Below, in pieces: positions 37,186 through 49,310 of a stretch of 64,000 nt of DNA. The position numbers were made by a program, and so were the translations under genes. The notes under the pieces were generated by a model that was not told the origin of the DNA, did no database searches, and saw nothing but the letters and a program-made list of their open reading frames with translations. The stretch covers positions 53,508,001 to 53,572,000 of the forward strand of contig NC_045707.1 in the NCBI RefSeq assembly GCF_009834535.1, in the 5' to 3' direction. Position 1 is the stretch's first letter, and each line of letters begins with the position of its first letter. The stretch is from Camelus ferus. Taxonomy: Eukaryota.

Positions 37186-37456
37186 CAGCTTTCCATCATG
37201 AAACCTCAAGTGCTATTCCTGAGGGCAGCTTCAGTGTATTTTTCACACATTTTGAAGTTGGTAGAGAATAGATGGGACACATCACCTGTCATGAGCTCCA
37301 TCGTACCGTGTTCTGAAGTGGCTTTTGCACATAGTCATGTGGGTGCATCAGTCCTGACCTGCCTCAGTCCTTCTGTAGCTGGGACGGGATCCCAGGGTTG
37401 TATCTGCATCTGTAAATTATTTGTGTGATATCTAGTTGTACTGTTAATACACCAGC

Positions 37457-37502
<46 letters not shown>

Positions 37503-40403
37503 CGCTCTCCCGTGGTGCCCTAGCGGGAGATGTGTGGCCTGACGTGTGGTCTTCGTGCAGAGGAAGGGGTGTGGTGAAGGGGAGTCGTCCCTCACAGTCT
37601 GTAGGATTTCTTGTACAAGGTGATGATAAAAAGAAGGCCACCATTTTGTGGGTTTCATTGTAGTTTTGAAGCTCCTTGCAGAGAGTGCCACCTTCCTGCC
37701 TGCCCCTGGGGCCATGCCCCTCCTTATCTTGGCTCACTGCCACTCCTGTTTCCCAGTTTTAGGGGAACAAGGAAATGTGGGGAAGCAGTCATTGAAGAGG
37801 AAGGTGGTCTGCTGAGTTCTAAGCCAACGAGGTGATTTTATCAAGTTTTTTAATGAGTTCTGAGGGATATGGAGGTTAATACCGTCATTCTGTCTATAAC
37901 AGCCCAGAAAAATAGGTTTAAATTAGCATGTTTCCATCTCTCAAATGAAAGTTAGAAAGGTCCCTGTTGACTACATTTTGATTTCCTGCTGCGGACACAG
38001 CCAGCCTTCCAGTCTCTCATCTCACCATTGCCTGCTGCTCCTCCGTTCAAGGAAACGAGCTTGTTATTTTATGTCAGTTTGTTTTTCGTGCGATGGGTTT
38101 TTCATTTGATTTCCATTTTAATACAGTTCAATCTGCATACCACACTGTATTGACTTTACCTGTAGCCATGTCATTAAAACTTATTTGGTGGAAGGAGATC
38201 AGAGGTTATTCTCGGGACGGTGCCTGGGCAGGGTCCTCAGTTTCTCCAGCTAGACTGTTCATGCAGTGACTCTTCTAATGTTGCAGGAGGCAGGACAGCA
38301 CAGAGGTTAGGAGTCTGGTTGTCGAGTCAGGTGGACCCAGATCTGAGTCATGTTCAACCGCTTATCAGCTGGGTAACCAAGAGTAAATGGTTTACTCTTA
38401 CGATGCCTTTTTCTCCTCTGTAAGGGAGCCGTCATAGTAGCCCTTCTTCATCCTCACAGCACAACGGTAGTACTTTCGCTCATGGATTTCTTCATCTGCT
38501 CATGCCCTGACTGTCTGCTGTGCCAGACGCTGCGCTCTCGTGTTGGGTAGAAGTTGATAAACAAAACTGTTGTGGACCTTCCCTTCAGGGCCATTGAGAA
38601 AATGCACAGTACATGGGACACAGGTGCCTAGTGGCTGTTAGCTGCCCCGAGGGAGGAGGTAGTTCTACCGAGAATAGACGGCCACTCCCTTCCCATTGAA
38701 AGGCAAAGAAAGAATTCCCTTATTCTTTTCCCCTTCAGATGTCCTTTACGGATGCCTCCTCTGCGCGGGGACTAGGGATGCAGTATGAACAAGGTAGGCA
38801 CGGTCCCCTTGCTAAGGAACATACATCCTTAGCGGGGAAGACAGCGGGTCAGAAGACAGTTAAATAAGGCAGTTACACGTGTGATTCGTGTTACAAAGGA
38901 GCGAGAGAGAGAGGCAAGGCGGGTATAAGCCGAGGAGAGGACTGCAAGGTACCACCTGGAGAACGGAACGAGGGGCTTTGCAGAGGTCCCAGGGAGGAAC
39001 ATTCTGGCCAAGGGGAAAACGAGCAAAGGCCTTAAGACAGAAAAGGGCTTTCTGCATTGGAGAACCTGAGGGGTGCCGTAGAGCTGGACTGTGACAAGCA
39101 AAGTGAGAAAGGCGTGAGAAGTCACTGTAGAGGTCGGAGGAAGCAGATGGTACAGGGCCTGAAGGACCATGAGAAGGCTGAGTGTCACGTGGCCTGGACG
39201 ATGGACGGGGGAAGAAGGAATACGGGCAGTTGGTAGGCGATGTTAAAGATGGAGCCCAAGTGTCTGGTGTTCGCTACTTTAACTGGTGGTGCTGCTTATG
39301 GAGAGAAGGAACCGCGGGGGGCGGCAAATCTGGAGGAATTACAGAATGATTTACATTTTGGGCACGTTAAATTCCAAGGAGAAGGCAGACCTATTCAAAT
39401 GTGATCATCATTTGTGGCTCTTTGTAAGAAAAAGGCTTATTTACATTTTGTTTCATGTTTCTGTTTGTTTCTGTGATAGTTAAGAAAGGCATTTAAGACT
39501 TCTGTAGAAGTTTCTAGCCTCTATTCTTGCTAAGTTGTAGTTGGCAGGAAGCTAAAAACTCAAGTCACTAAAGCCTGAGACCAGCAGAGTCTGACTTGGG
39601 ATCCGGTGGCTGGCGCTGGTGGAACTGTTAGGGAACACGCGAAGTTCTCCTTAGAGCTCACGGGTGCAGGAAATTGCTCCACACTGATGGACTTCCCAAG
39701 TTAATGTGTTAAAGGTGAAAAGGTCAAGTCCCCTTCTTCTAGAAGGATCGTTTCTACTAAACGGGAAATAGAAAGGCCCTGATGAAGGGTTTGCATGTTC
39801 TGAGGTGGCACTTACGCCTTCCCCCTGCTGTTCGGATAGCTGCCTCTTGTGACCGTGGGAAACGAAGTGAGAGGGCTGATGCTTTCATCATCGTTGAGCT
39901 TCAAGTGTGTCTGTCTGGCGCCCCTTCAGCTGGCCTTCACCGGGCACGCGGCTAATGCTGTCCCTTTGTCCGCTTTGATTATGTGCTTCTGCTTGGCAGT
40001 CATCGGCACAGGGCAACAGATCACTTCTGTAGCTATGTCCCTTGATGGCATAAAAAAGACATTGCTATGATCTTGTGTATGTAAAACCACATACACAACA
40101 TGAAAACTTAAGGATACTAGAGAAATAGCCTCTAGCTCCTTCTACCAAAAAAGGGTGGTGGCTAGAGATAGACTTATACAGTCGAAGTGGGAAAGGTGCA
40201 TTTAATTTCTCTCTTTGAACTTGTACAGGAGAGAGAGTTTCTTCTCACCTTTTGACTTTTCCCACAGAACCATAAAATGTGAGTTCTGCGACCCTGAAGG
40301 ACATTCGGTTCATTTGCTGTGAGGAACTGAGGGCTGGACCGTCACACTGTAGTCCGCATGGGATCATGCGACTGCACATAAAAATAAAACTGTGACTCCA
40401 AGT

Positions 40404-40535
40404 GGGGGAGGGCATAGCTCAGTGGTGGAGTGTGTGGCTTCAATCCCCAGTACCTCCAATATAAATAAATAAGTAAATAAACCTAATTACCCCCCCCAAA
40501 AAAAACCCAAAACAAAAACAAACAAATAAAAATAA
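40404..40535 (+). mobile_element. tRNA-derived camelid-type SINE with internal deletion
   Basis: GGGGGAGGGCATAGCTCAGTGG...TTCAATCCCCAG...AACCTAATTACCCC. Confidence 0.85.
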
Positions 40536-42249
40536 GACTCAGAAGAATACATCTTTCCTGAAGCTTCTGTAGTGTCAATGCATGATTCTCTCCCATGTTC
40601 AGCAGGCTCTCACCTTCCTCCTCGTTACTCCTGAGTGAGATGCTGTAAGTCTTTCTTTTTGCCTTCAGTGTCTTTAGTTTCATTGCAAAGCTATGTCTTC
40701 TGGCCAGGAGTACTAACTAATCACTTGTGGAATCTGGTGTGCTACAGGAGACCTTGATGTCATGGTTCTCGTCTTTTTCCAAGACTTGTGACCATTTTTA
40801 CAGATGCCCAGCTCTGCTTGGGTCCTTGAGGTGGGCCATGTCTGCCCCTTACATCACACCTAGGCACCACCAATGAGAGCTCTTCCCGTCGGTGCACACG
40901 GACCATGGCCTCAGCTCTGAAGGGCTCACCCCAGCCCGTTCCTTGCAGCTGTGATCAGCCTTATCGCTGATTTTCTTCTTCTTCTTGCCCTTTCTGCTGA
41001 ATTTGCTGGTTAGCACCATTGTCTCATTCGTGGTTTCGGTGCCATAATGAACATTCTTACACGTGCTTTTCATACAAGTGAACAAGATTTTCTCAGTGAA
41101 TCTGTCTAGGAATGGAACTGCCAGGTTAAGGGGCATGAACATTTTCAACTTCCATGTCAGATTGTTTTCTAAAGTTATTTCTTTGACAATTTACTCTCCC
41201 ATCAGCAGTCCAGAAGCATTCCCATTTTTCCTCATTCTTGTCCACCCTAGGTACTGCCAGTCTTTTTTTTTTTTTTTTTTGCCAATCTAGAGAGTCCAAA
41301 ATGGATATTATTTTGATTTTAGTTTTCATTTCTCTAATTATTAATACCTCTATTACTTTAATTACTGCTACTCTAATTCCTAATAACCTCTTCGCATGTG
41401 ATAATTCACCATTTATATTTCTCCTACTGTGAAATGCCATTTATGCATATTATAAATGCCTTTTGCCTATTATTTTATTTTTTCTCAATGATTTCTATAA
41501 TTTTTTAATGCAATCATTTGTCTAGTATATGCATTTCAAACATCTTCTCATAGTTTTCTGGTTTGTCAGTTTACTTAATGGAGGCTTTTATTGAACAGAG
41601 GTTCTTAATTTTAATGAAGTTTAATTTATCAATCTTTTCTTTGTGTTGAGTCTTGGTTGAGAAATCCTTTTTCTTATAAGCTCATACTGATGTCCATTCA
41701 TATTCTAGAAGTCTGTAAGTTTGCCTTTCACATTTAAATCTTTAAACCTTAGAGTTGATTTTTTTGTGTATGACATGATAAAAGAATTAATTTCATTTAT
41801 TTATTAACAAAATTATCTATTTATTTATCTGTGTTTCCAGTCATTCTTGTTGTGTTCGTACATATTTTATCACTTACATAGTAGTTAAGGTGCACTGTTT
41901 TGTATTCTACATTTTCATTTGCTTTCAGAGTTCTTTTCTGATTGACCTAAGTATTTGTACTTATGTTTAGTGCTGTGTAAGTGGCAGAAGCCATCTAGCT
42001 GGTCAAAAAGGGGAGATTACTAATGGAAAGAAGTGGCCCGTTTTAGTCAGCCTAATTTTCATGGTTCTGTCAAGACAGATAGCAGCATCGTAGAGTTTTC
42101 AACAACTTTCCTCCAGAGATTTTCACAAGAATAAATTTATTGAGGACCGCATGTCTAACTGACCATTACTTGTTACCAAATTTCTCACACAGCATTCTCA
42201 GAACACTACATTTTTATCCGACATCTTTTCCATAGTAGGTCATTCAGCA

Positions 42250-43210
42250 AGAGTATGAATTGTTTGCAGAGTTGGGTGCCAAAGGGTTCTTTACAGAATG
42301 TCTTCCCTGCATGAGTTTTCTGACGTGAGTTGCCACTGAAGGCTTTGCACCTTGATGTGAGGATTGGTGTCTCCTTAGGTGAGATCTTTGATGTTGACCA
42401 AGGCATGGGTGGTCATTGAAGTTGTGCCTTCATTCAGGACACCAAGGTTGATCTGTGCAGTGTGAATCCACACTTGTCTTTCAAGTGTTGCTCGGTGAGT
42501 GAGGATTTCAGGTGGTTACTTCATGGACATACTTTTCTAGCAGGAATTATCTGGTATCCTCCAAGAATCTTCTGCCTCCTGGTAAAGATTGTCTTGCCTT
42601 CTTTCCTAGCTTAGCGATGACCACTGTTTGCAGCTGTCTTGTGCACACCAAGGCTGGGGTTCTCTGGAAGGCCCTCCACAGTGATTTCAGAGTCGGTCCT
42701 GCTCTGCAGTGCAAATCACTCATGTTTCTTACTTCTCAGTGAAGGCCTTTCTGCACTGACGACGGGCACAGTTTCTCTACCACATGAGTTCTTTGGTGTG
42801 AGTAACGGCTGGCGTTGTGACTGAAGCCTCTCCCGACGTCATTCCTGTGTTCATGCCGCCTCCCCTCTGTGTGGACTCCCCGGTGTCTGCACAGGAGTAT
42901 GCTCTGGGTGAGGACGCTCGTGTGTGCACTGCATTCCTAGGGCTTCTCTCTAATGTGAAGGGTCTGACGTTGCCTAAGCACAGAACGTGCATTAAAGGCT
43001 TTTCTACAGAAAGGACATTCTTATGTTTTCTCACCAGCACGAATCTGCTCACATACCTAAAGGGCTGCGTGATGACCGAAGGCTCTTCCGCAGAGAACAC
43101 AGTCGTAGAGTGTCTCCCTTTGTGCAGCTTCGGGTGGGGGTAAAGGTTAAAGGTGTTCTTACAGGCTCTTCCCCAGTTCATTCCATTCATAGGGTCTCTC
43201 TCCAGTGACA
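42250..43210 (-). pseudogene. Decayed C2H2 zinc-finger array exon (KRAB-ZNF-type pseudogene)
   Basis: Frameshift-tolerant translation: TGERPYE..., YDCVLCGRAFGHH, GEKT*ECPFCRKAFNARSVLRQRQTLHIREKP*EC, HRGVHT, SHQRTH, CRKAF. Linker and Cys/His remnants recur at finger spacing, with stops. Confidence 0.8.
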
Positions 43211-43429
43211 GCTGTCATTTTTTTGCATATCTATATTCCTGTTGAAATAATGTCAGTTTGCAGTGTTGTGACAACTATATTTTTTTCCAGTTGAACAACT
43301 GCAATTTATTAAAGAAAACTTTCTGGTCTTTTTTACTTTCATGTAATTTTTCAGTAAATCCTGCTAACTTCTACCTTGAAGATAAATTATGTTCAAATCA
43401 CTGGGTCTTTGGCAGGTTCTCAGTAAATA

Positions 43430-44813
43430 CAGGCAGCCTGGGCTTGGCATGGTTGTGATATGCACAACGTCAGTGTGGTTGAGTTGAAGAGCCCAAGTTC
43501 CCCAACATAATGGTTCCAGTGTCGCTGACTGTGATTTATTCGCTGTACTTACGTGAAGTCCACACTTCACTGCTGGCTCTTTAAGCTGTGACTCCTGGTC
43601 ACGGCGCACCTTGTGGTCCGTGACCAAGCACATGGCTTCGTTCAGAACCTGTGCTGATTGGTCACGTCACGTCTGTCCTTCATTTTATGCACAGGCAGCA
43701 GGGGTGGCACTGTATCCTCTCTGTTCCCACCCCCACCCCTGTGACCAAGACACGTGACATTTTACACAAATAGATAAATGGGAATTGGTGCTAAAGAAAC
43801 AAAAAGTGATGATGCTGGAAATGAAATTTCAACTGAACATAAATGGAGTTGTAGAAGCAATTTCTGAGTGTGGGAACATGGACACTGTGGCTGCCTGAGA
43901 AAATGTAGACATGCACCCAGAGGACAGAGTGAGGTGAGCTTCCAGACATAAATGAGGAGAGCAGTTGTGACAAAAGGAGGAAGACATCCCAGAGGAAGTG
44001 ACAGTGGCAAAGAACTGACGATAAAGAACTCTTGGAGATATTTCATAACATTGACAATGCTGGAAAATTATCCAAATGTAAGAGGATCACAATTTGCCAA
44101 GGCATTTGAAGGGATGCTCTTTGCTCAGGGAGAGTTATACTGAGAAGGATAAGGCATGTGCTGTTCAAACTACTCTTTTTTATCGAGGTAGAGTTGATTT
44201 CCAGTGTTGTGTTAGTTCCTGGTGTGCAGCATAGTGATTCAGTTATACATATATATATATTTCTTTTCATGTTCTTTTTCCTTATAGATGGTTACAAGGT
44301 ATTGAATATAGTTCCCTGTGCTGTACAGTAGGACCTTGTTGTTCATCTCTTTTACATACAGTACTGTGTATCTGCTAATCCCACACTCCCAATTTATCCC
44401 TCCCCCTCTGTCCCCTTTGGTAACCATAACAGAGAAAGACAAATATCATGATGTTGCTTATATGTGGAATCTAAAAAAATGACTTAAATGAACTTATTTA
44501 CAGAACTGAAAGAGACTCACAGACACAGAAAACAAACTGAGGTTCAAACTACTCTTGATAAGTGTTTTATGAAGAAACAAGACACTTTAATTCTCAGTGT
44601 TTCTAATGTACTAATTGATAGCATACTAAAGAGATATTAGTTTCACTTATTTTCATTTCTCTCTCCTCTTATAACTGATAATAAGAAGAGTTTTTAATGT
44701 TTGAACAAGAATTTTTAAAAGTCAAGGAACAATTCATAACTGATATTCCCAAAGGCTGCTTTGCATGGTCGTTTTTATAGTTCTGTGCTCATGAGCAAAC
44801 TGAACACTGCCTG
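43430..44813. mobile_element. TcMar-Tigger DNA transposon (Tigger6-like) with nested L1
   Basis: TA-CAGGCAG ... CTGCCTG-TA terminal inverted repeats, internal GACATAAATGAGGA...GACATCCCAGAGGAAGTGAC. Confidence 0.75.
44178..44541. mobile_element. Short 5'-inverted (twin-primed) L1 3'UTR, 15-bp TSD
   Basis: TSD GTTCAAACTACTCTT at 44163-44177 and 44542-44556, strand switch at ~44429. Confidence 0.88.
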
Positions 44814-44957
44814 TATTTTTAAATGAATAGATATAGACCCAGTGTGAGACCGCAAACATGGGTTGCTTTCCTTTAATTGTCTCAGTTCATTTGCCCTGAT
44901 TACTATATATTTACTGTAAGAAAACATAATATTGTATAAATATAGTATAGGTAACAT

Positions 44958-45969
44958 TTTATTTGTCTTTTCTCTGTCTGACTTGCTTCACTTAGTATGA
45001 TAATCTCTAGGTCTATCCATGTTGCTGCAAATGGCATTATTTCATTCTTTTTTATGGCTGAATAATACTGCTTTTTTTTTTTTTATGGGCTAGATTCCTT
45101 TATTCAATGTGAAAAGTACAACGTTATAAATGAAGGCCGAGGACCAATAAAAATCTACAAATCCAAGTAGAACTTTTATAGGCTTAATAATTTTTAAAAA
45201 ATTATTTGCAAGGCTAACTCAAGAACCTGAACAGATACTATTTCATGGGGTTTATGTCACTGGAATGACAAACCACATTTACAGGGGTTTCCCTTTGAAC
45301 TCCCAAATTGTCATAAGAAACCTACTCTTTCCCCTTGAGCTCAGGCACATCCAGTACCAGTGCTCTTTGCTAGTGGTTTCCGTTTCTTTCTCTTCCAGTT
45401 GTTTCTTGGTTTCTGAGTCCAGCCCTCTCTGCATGACCTTCATGTGCAGTAGGTCCTCTGACAGCTTAGTTCTGTGCTTGGCGGCCACACTGAGTCCCCT
45501 CCTGGTGCTGCCACCAGGCCCACTGCGTGTGTGCCTGCAGTGTATACACAGGCCGCATCTTCTTTATCCAGTCAACTGTCCATTGACATTTCAGACAAAT
45601 GTCATAGGATATCGCTTACATGTGGGATCTAAAAAAAGATACAAATTTTATTTGCAAACCTGAGAGAGACTCACGGACAGAGAAAACAAACTTGTGGTTA
45701 CCAAAGGGGAAAAGGGGGAAGGGATAAATAAGGAGTTTGGGATAAACAGATACAAACTACTATATATAAGATAGATAAACAACAAGACCCTACTGTACAA
45801 CATAAGGAACTATATTCAATTCCTTGTAATAAACTATAATGAAAAAGAATATGAAAATACGTGTGTGTATATATATGTATGTATGTGTACAACTGAATCA
45901 CTTTGCTGTACACCTGGAACTAACCTTACAAATCAACTACACTTCAATAAAATAAAATAAAATAAAATA
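44958..45969. mobile_element. 5'-inverted L1 3' end hosting the MPHOSPH6 retrocopy
   Basis: Antisense part 44958-45590, sense part 45591-45969 ending in (AAAAT)n. Imperfect TSD AACATTTTATTTG / AACGTTTTATTTG. Confidence 0.75.
45072..45535 (-). pseudogene. MPHOSPH6: Processed pseudogene of MPHOSPH6 (N-terminal ~55 codons only, then unrelated tail, AATAAA and poly(A))
   Basis: AAKHRTKLSEDLLHMKVMQRGLDSETKKQLEEKE...EHWY(L)DVPELKGKE matches MPP6. ATG>GTG, 1-nt frameshift, AATAAA at 45104-45099, poly(A) at 45084-45072. Confidence 0.92.
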
Positions 45970-47237
45970 GAACGTTTTATTTGGCCATATGCCCAAAGAC
46001 TTAGACACATTGGTGGAATCAGTGAGATAAACGTGTGAGCATGTGTCACAGTTTCTGGAACGTAGCAGGCCCTCGATAAAAGCAAAGTAAATCCAGGATT
46101 GTATATGGTCTGAGTCCCCATCACATCCCCTGAATGGTTGCCGTGGCCCCCATGAGGTCCCCCGCTTCTTCCTTGCCTCCTCACAGCTGCATTTGATACC
46201 TGAGTCAGTGGCTCCCCACTCCCCCAGGTGGGGCCTTCCCCTGGGTTCTCTCTGACCTCCTCTCCCACCATCTTTCCCCTGGCTTCTCCCCCTCCAGCTG
46301 CCATGACATCCTTTGTGTTTCTCAAACAGGCAGGAACACTTCTGCCTGAGGGACCTTCTCTGGCCTGCCTTCTGCCTGGAGTGTCCCTTCTGCAGATACT
46401 CACGGGGCTAATTCCCTTCCCTGCTTCAGGCCTTTGCTCAGAAAGCATTCCCTCCATGAGGCCTGGCAATTCCAGCCGCAATTCCAGCCACAATTCCAGC
46501 CTCCCCGACCACAGCAGTACTACTGATCTTCCTTGTCCTGTTCCTTTTTTAATATGTAAAACTTCTCACCTTTCACATAATTTACACATTTTTCAGGTTT
46601 TTATTTATTTAGAGTAAGCCTAGTGAGCTCAGGGACCTTTGACTTATTCAGCAACGCATCTCAAAGGCTTAGGACACTTCCTAGCACATACGTCCTCAGG
46701 AAATATTTGTGATACGTGAATGTGGGGAAGAAACTGTTGCTGCTGCTGTGTGAAAATTCTTTCCTACCTTGTACTATTCCAGTGGACTTGGCAGCATTTG
46801 TTATGGAAACCAGGCCTTATTGACTCAGCACAAAACTGCATGGATTGCAGCATGGTGGTTCAGGCTTTCCCCATGTAAATAATTATCTCTGTGCTAAAGA
46901 GCTGGAAAGTCACAGGAGAAGTACAGGAGCATTTAAGAAAAGGAATTCAATCCAATATGTACTTATGGGGCGTTTACTACGTTCAGTGGCCTAAATTGGA
47001 CAGGGGTATGATTCCCTCCAGTTTTAACTAAAATGTCTATTTTCATTGAACACCTGGTTTCTGGGGACTCTAATCTGACCTGCTTGATGGATAGCGTCGG
47101 ATACAGCTCAGACGGTGAACTTTTTGAGTTGAAGCTAGCTGTAGAAAATTATCAGGATGTTGCTGAGGGAGAGGGCCAGTTACAGAAAGTCTAACCTGGA
47201 GAAATATTTTGAAAGACAAGCCTAATAAGAGTTTAAG

Positions 47238-47289
47238 TGACACAACATTGTAAAATGATTATAAATCAATAAAAAAGTGTTTAAAAAAA
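47238..47289 (+). mobile_element. L1 3' tip micro-insertion with TSD
   Basis: TGACACAACATTGTAAAATGATTATAAATCAATAAAA flanked by AGTTTAAG at 47230 and 47290. Confidence 0.8.
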
Positions 47290-47491
47290 AGTTTAAGGGA
47301 GGTAACTGGTGTGATGGGAGGGGCTTTTTAATGACCAGTCATTAGGAGCATTTTTTGACTTTTCGAGAGTACAGTATGCTTGAATAGCTTAGATTGTATG
47401 TGGGAAGGGTTGTAATCCGAGTTTTATTATGTTTATGTGAAAATAGGAGAAAAATGGACTAGATTGCTTTTTTCCCCGGTGTTCCAATTGA

Positions 47492-47722
47492 GTTTTTTTA
47501 ATTGAAGTATAGTTGGTTTACAATGTTGTGTTAATTTCTGATGTACAGCATAGTGATTCAGTTATACACAAACATATATATTCTTTTCATATTCTTTTTC
47601 ATTATGGGCTATTACAAGGTATTGAATATAGTTCCCAGTACTATACAGTAGGACCTTGCTCTTTATCTATTTTATATATAGTGGTTAGCGTCCGCAAATT
47701 CCGAAAAAATTGGGATTCGGGA
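47492..47722 (-). mobile_element. L1 3'UTR fragment with TSD TTCCAATTGA
   Basis: TTAATTGAAGTATAGTTGGTTTACAATGTTGTG...CTATACAGTAGGACCTTG. TTCCAATTGA at ~47482 and ~47724. Confidence 0.75.
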
Positions 47723-49310
47723 TTTCCAATTGAATTTTATAATGATGCTACGGATACTCATGATTCACTAAAATTTGTCATGGATGTAATAGATAGGATT
47801 GGTGATTTCCTCCAATATTGCTCTGTTTCCTGGCGCACATAACCATGAAATCTCTTAATGGGGTTGTACAATAGTCGCTTCAATTGGAAATTAAATAAGG
47901 TCTTGCCTTGGCAATTCTAAGAAGCAACTCCATTTGTCAGCATGGCAGTGCATGTTTACAAGTAATCATAAAGTGGATTATGATAAATGATCAATTATTG
48001 CATGTGTTGTACTTGCCGGGCACAGTGTTAGACACTGCACACTCTTGTAATTACTTAAATGAATGCATAGTGACAACTGAGGAAACCGAAGGAAGGAAAA
48101 ATAGTGCTCTAGGAACACAAAACAAAGAAACTGCCACAGCCTGGGGGTAGGGAAGGCTCCCCTCTGGAAAGGATGCTTGAATTGAGATTTGAAAGATGAT
48201 AATGTCTCAGCTAGAGGTTGGAGAATTGGTTCAATGCCATGTGCAAAAGTCCTGTAGGAGCAAAGGAATGGAGGAAGGTTGGTTGGAGGAAATGTTGGGC
48301 TGGCAAAGACCATGCAATGCAGGGTTTTGTAGGCTAGAGGATTTTTTGGGTCTTATTCCTTAGAGCAATGAGAAGCCAGTAGAAGGTTGTAAGCCAGGAA
48401 ATGGTAGAGTCAGGCTGATGGTGTGACCTCAAGGTGAAGCACTGTTGGAAAGGAGTTTGCAGTGGAAAACTACTCATTGGATTTTGAAGATGTCTAAATG
48501 AGAGATGATGGTAGCTAGGGTAATGAAAAATGGATGGATTTGAAAGATACTGATGGAGTAGATGTCATAGGGTTTGGTGACTCTAAGCTGGACATCACTC
48601 TTTTAACTTAAATATCGCCATTTATCTAATTGTTCATGAAATTTCTTCTAAAATATTTCCTTTTTATAATTTATTATTTTCAGAATTTTATAAAGAAAGA
48701 TGAGTAATTTTATTTCCTCAAGTGTGTTTTTATACAATAGGGATTGGTGTGGGTTCAGGGTTTTCCAGAAACAGCAAGATATTAGTATCTTTATCATCAT
48801 GCTGGTCATTCATGGTTAATTAATTAACAGACTTTGAAATTTAAAAAATGAAAGAACAGAACATAAGCACATTCCATCTTTGTAGCATTTTGGTTATGGA
48901 ATATTATTTCTTGTGAGTTGCATCAAAATTTGTTGCCCTAGGTACTAGATAGAAGACATAGGAGCTCAAAAAAAACAAAGTATACCAAAAGCTGGTGAAT
49001 ATTGAAAGGATAAGGTACACTGATGGCATGTGCAACCAAAACACAAAGGCAGGAAGTGAGAGTTAGGAGCCTGGACCTCAGGGCCTGGGAGGCAAAGACT
49101 AACTCAGAGGAAGCTGTATGACCCCAAAAGTCGTACTTTAATGTGTCCTTATTGTTCTGTTACCCGAGCACTGCTCACTCACTCTCTGGGTTCGCATCAG
49201 TATTAGGCAGTGTTTAGTCTTTCTTTTTGGAATAGAAGATAGATTTCATGGTGTGTGTGTGTGTGTGTGTGTGTGTATTCAGATATCCTTATGCACATGT
49301 GTATATGTTT

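Noticed and set aside
40540..41030. Lys-rich minus-strand ORF pieces (SRKGKKKKKISDK; KLKTLKAKRK) suggesting another retrocopy
   Set aside because: No parent gene could be recognised, and no poly(A)/TSD was identified.
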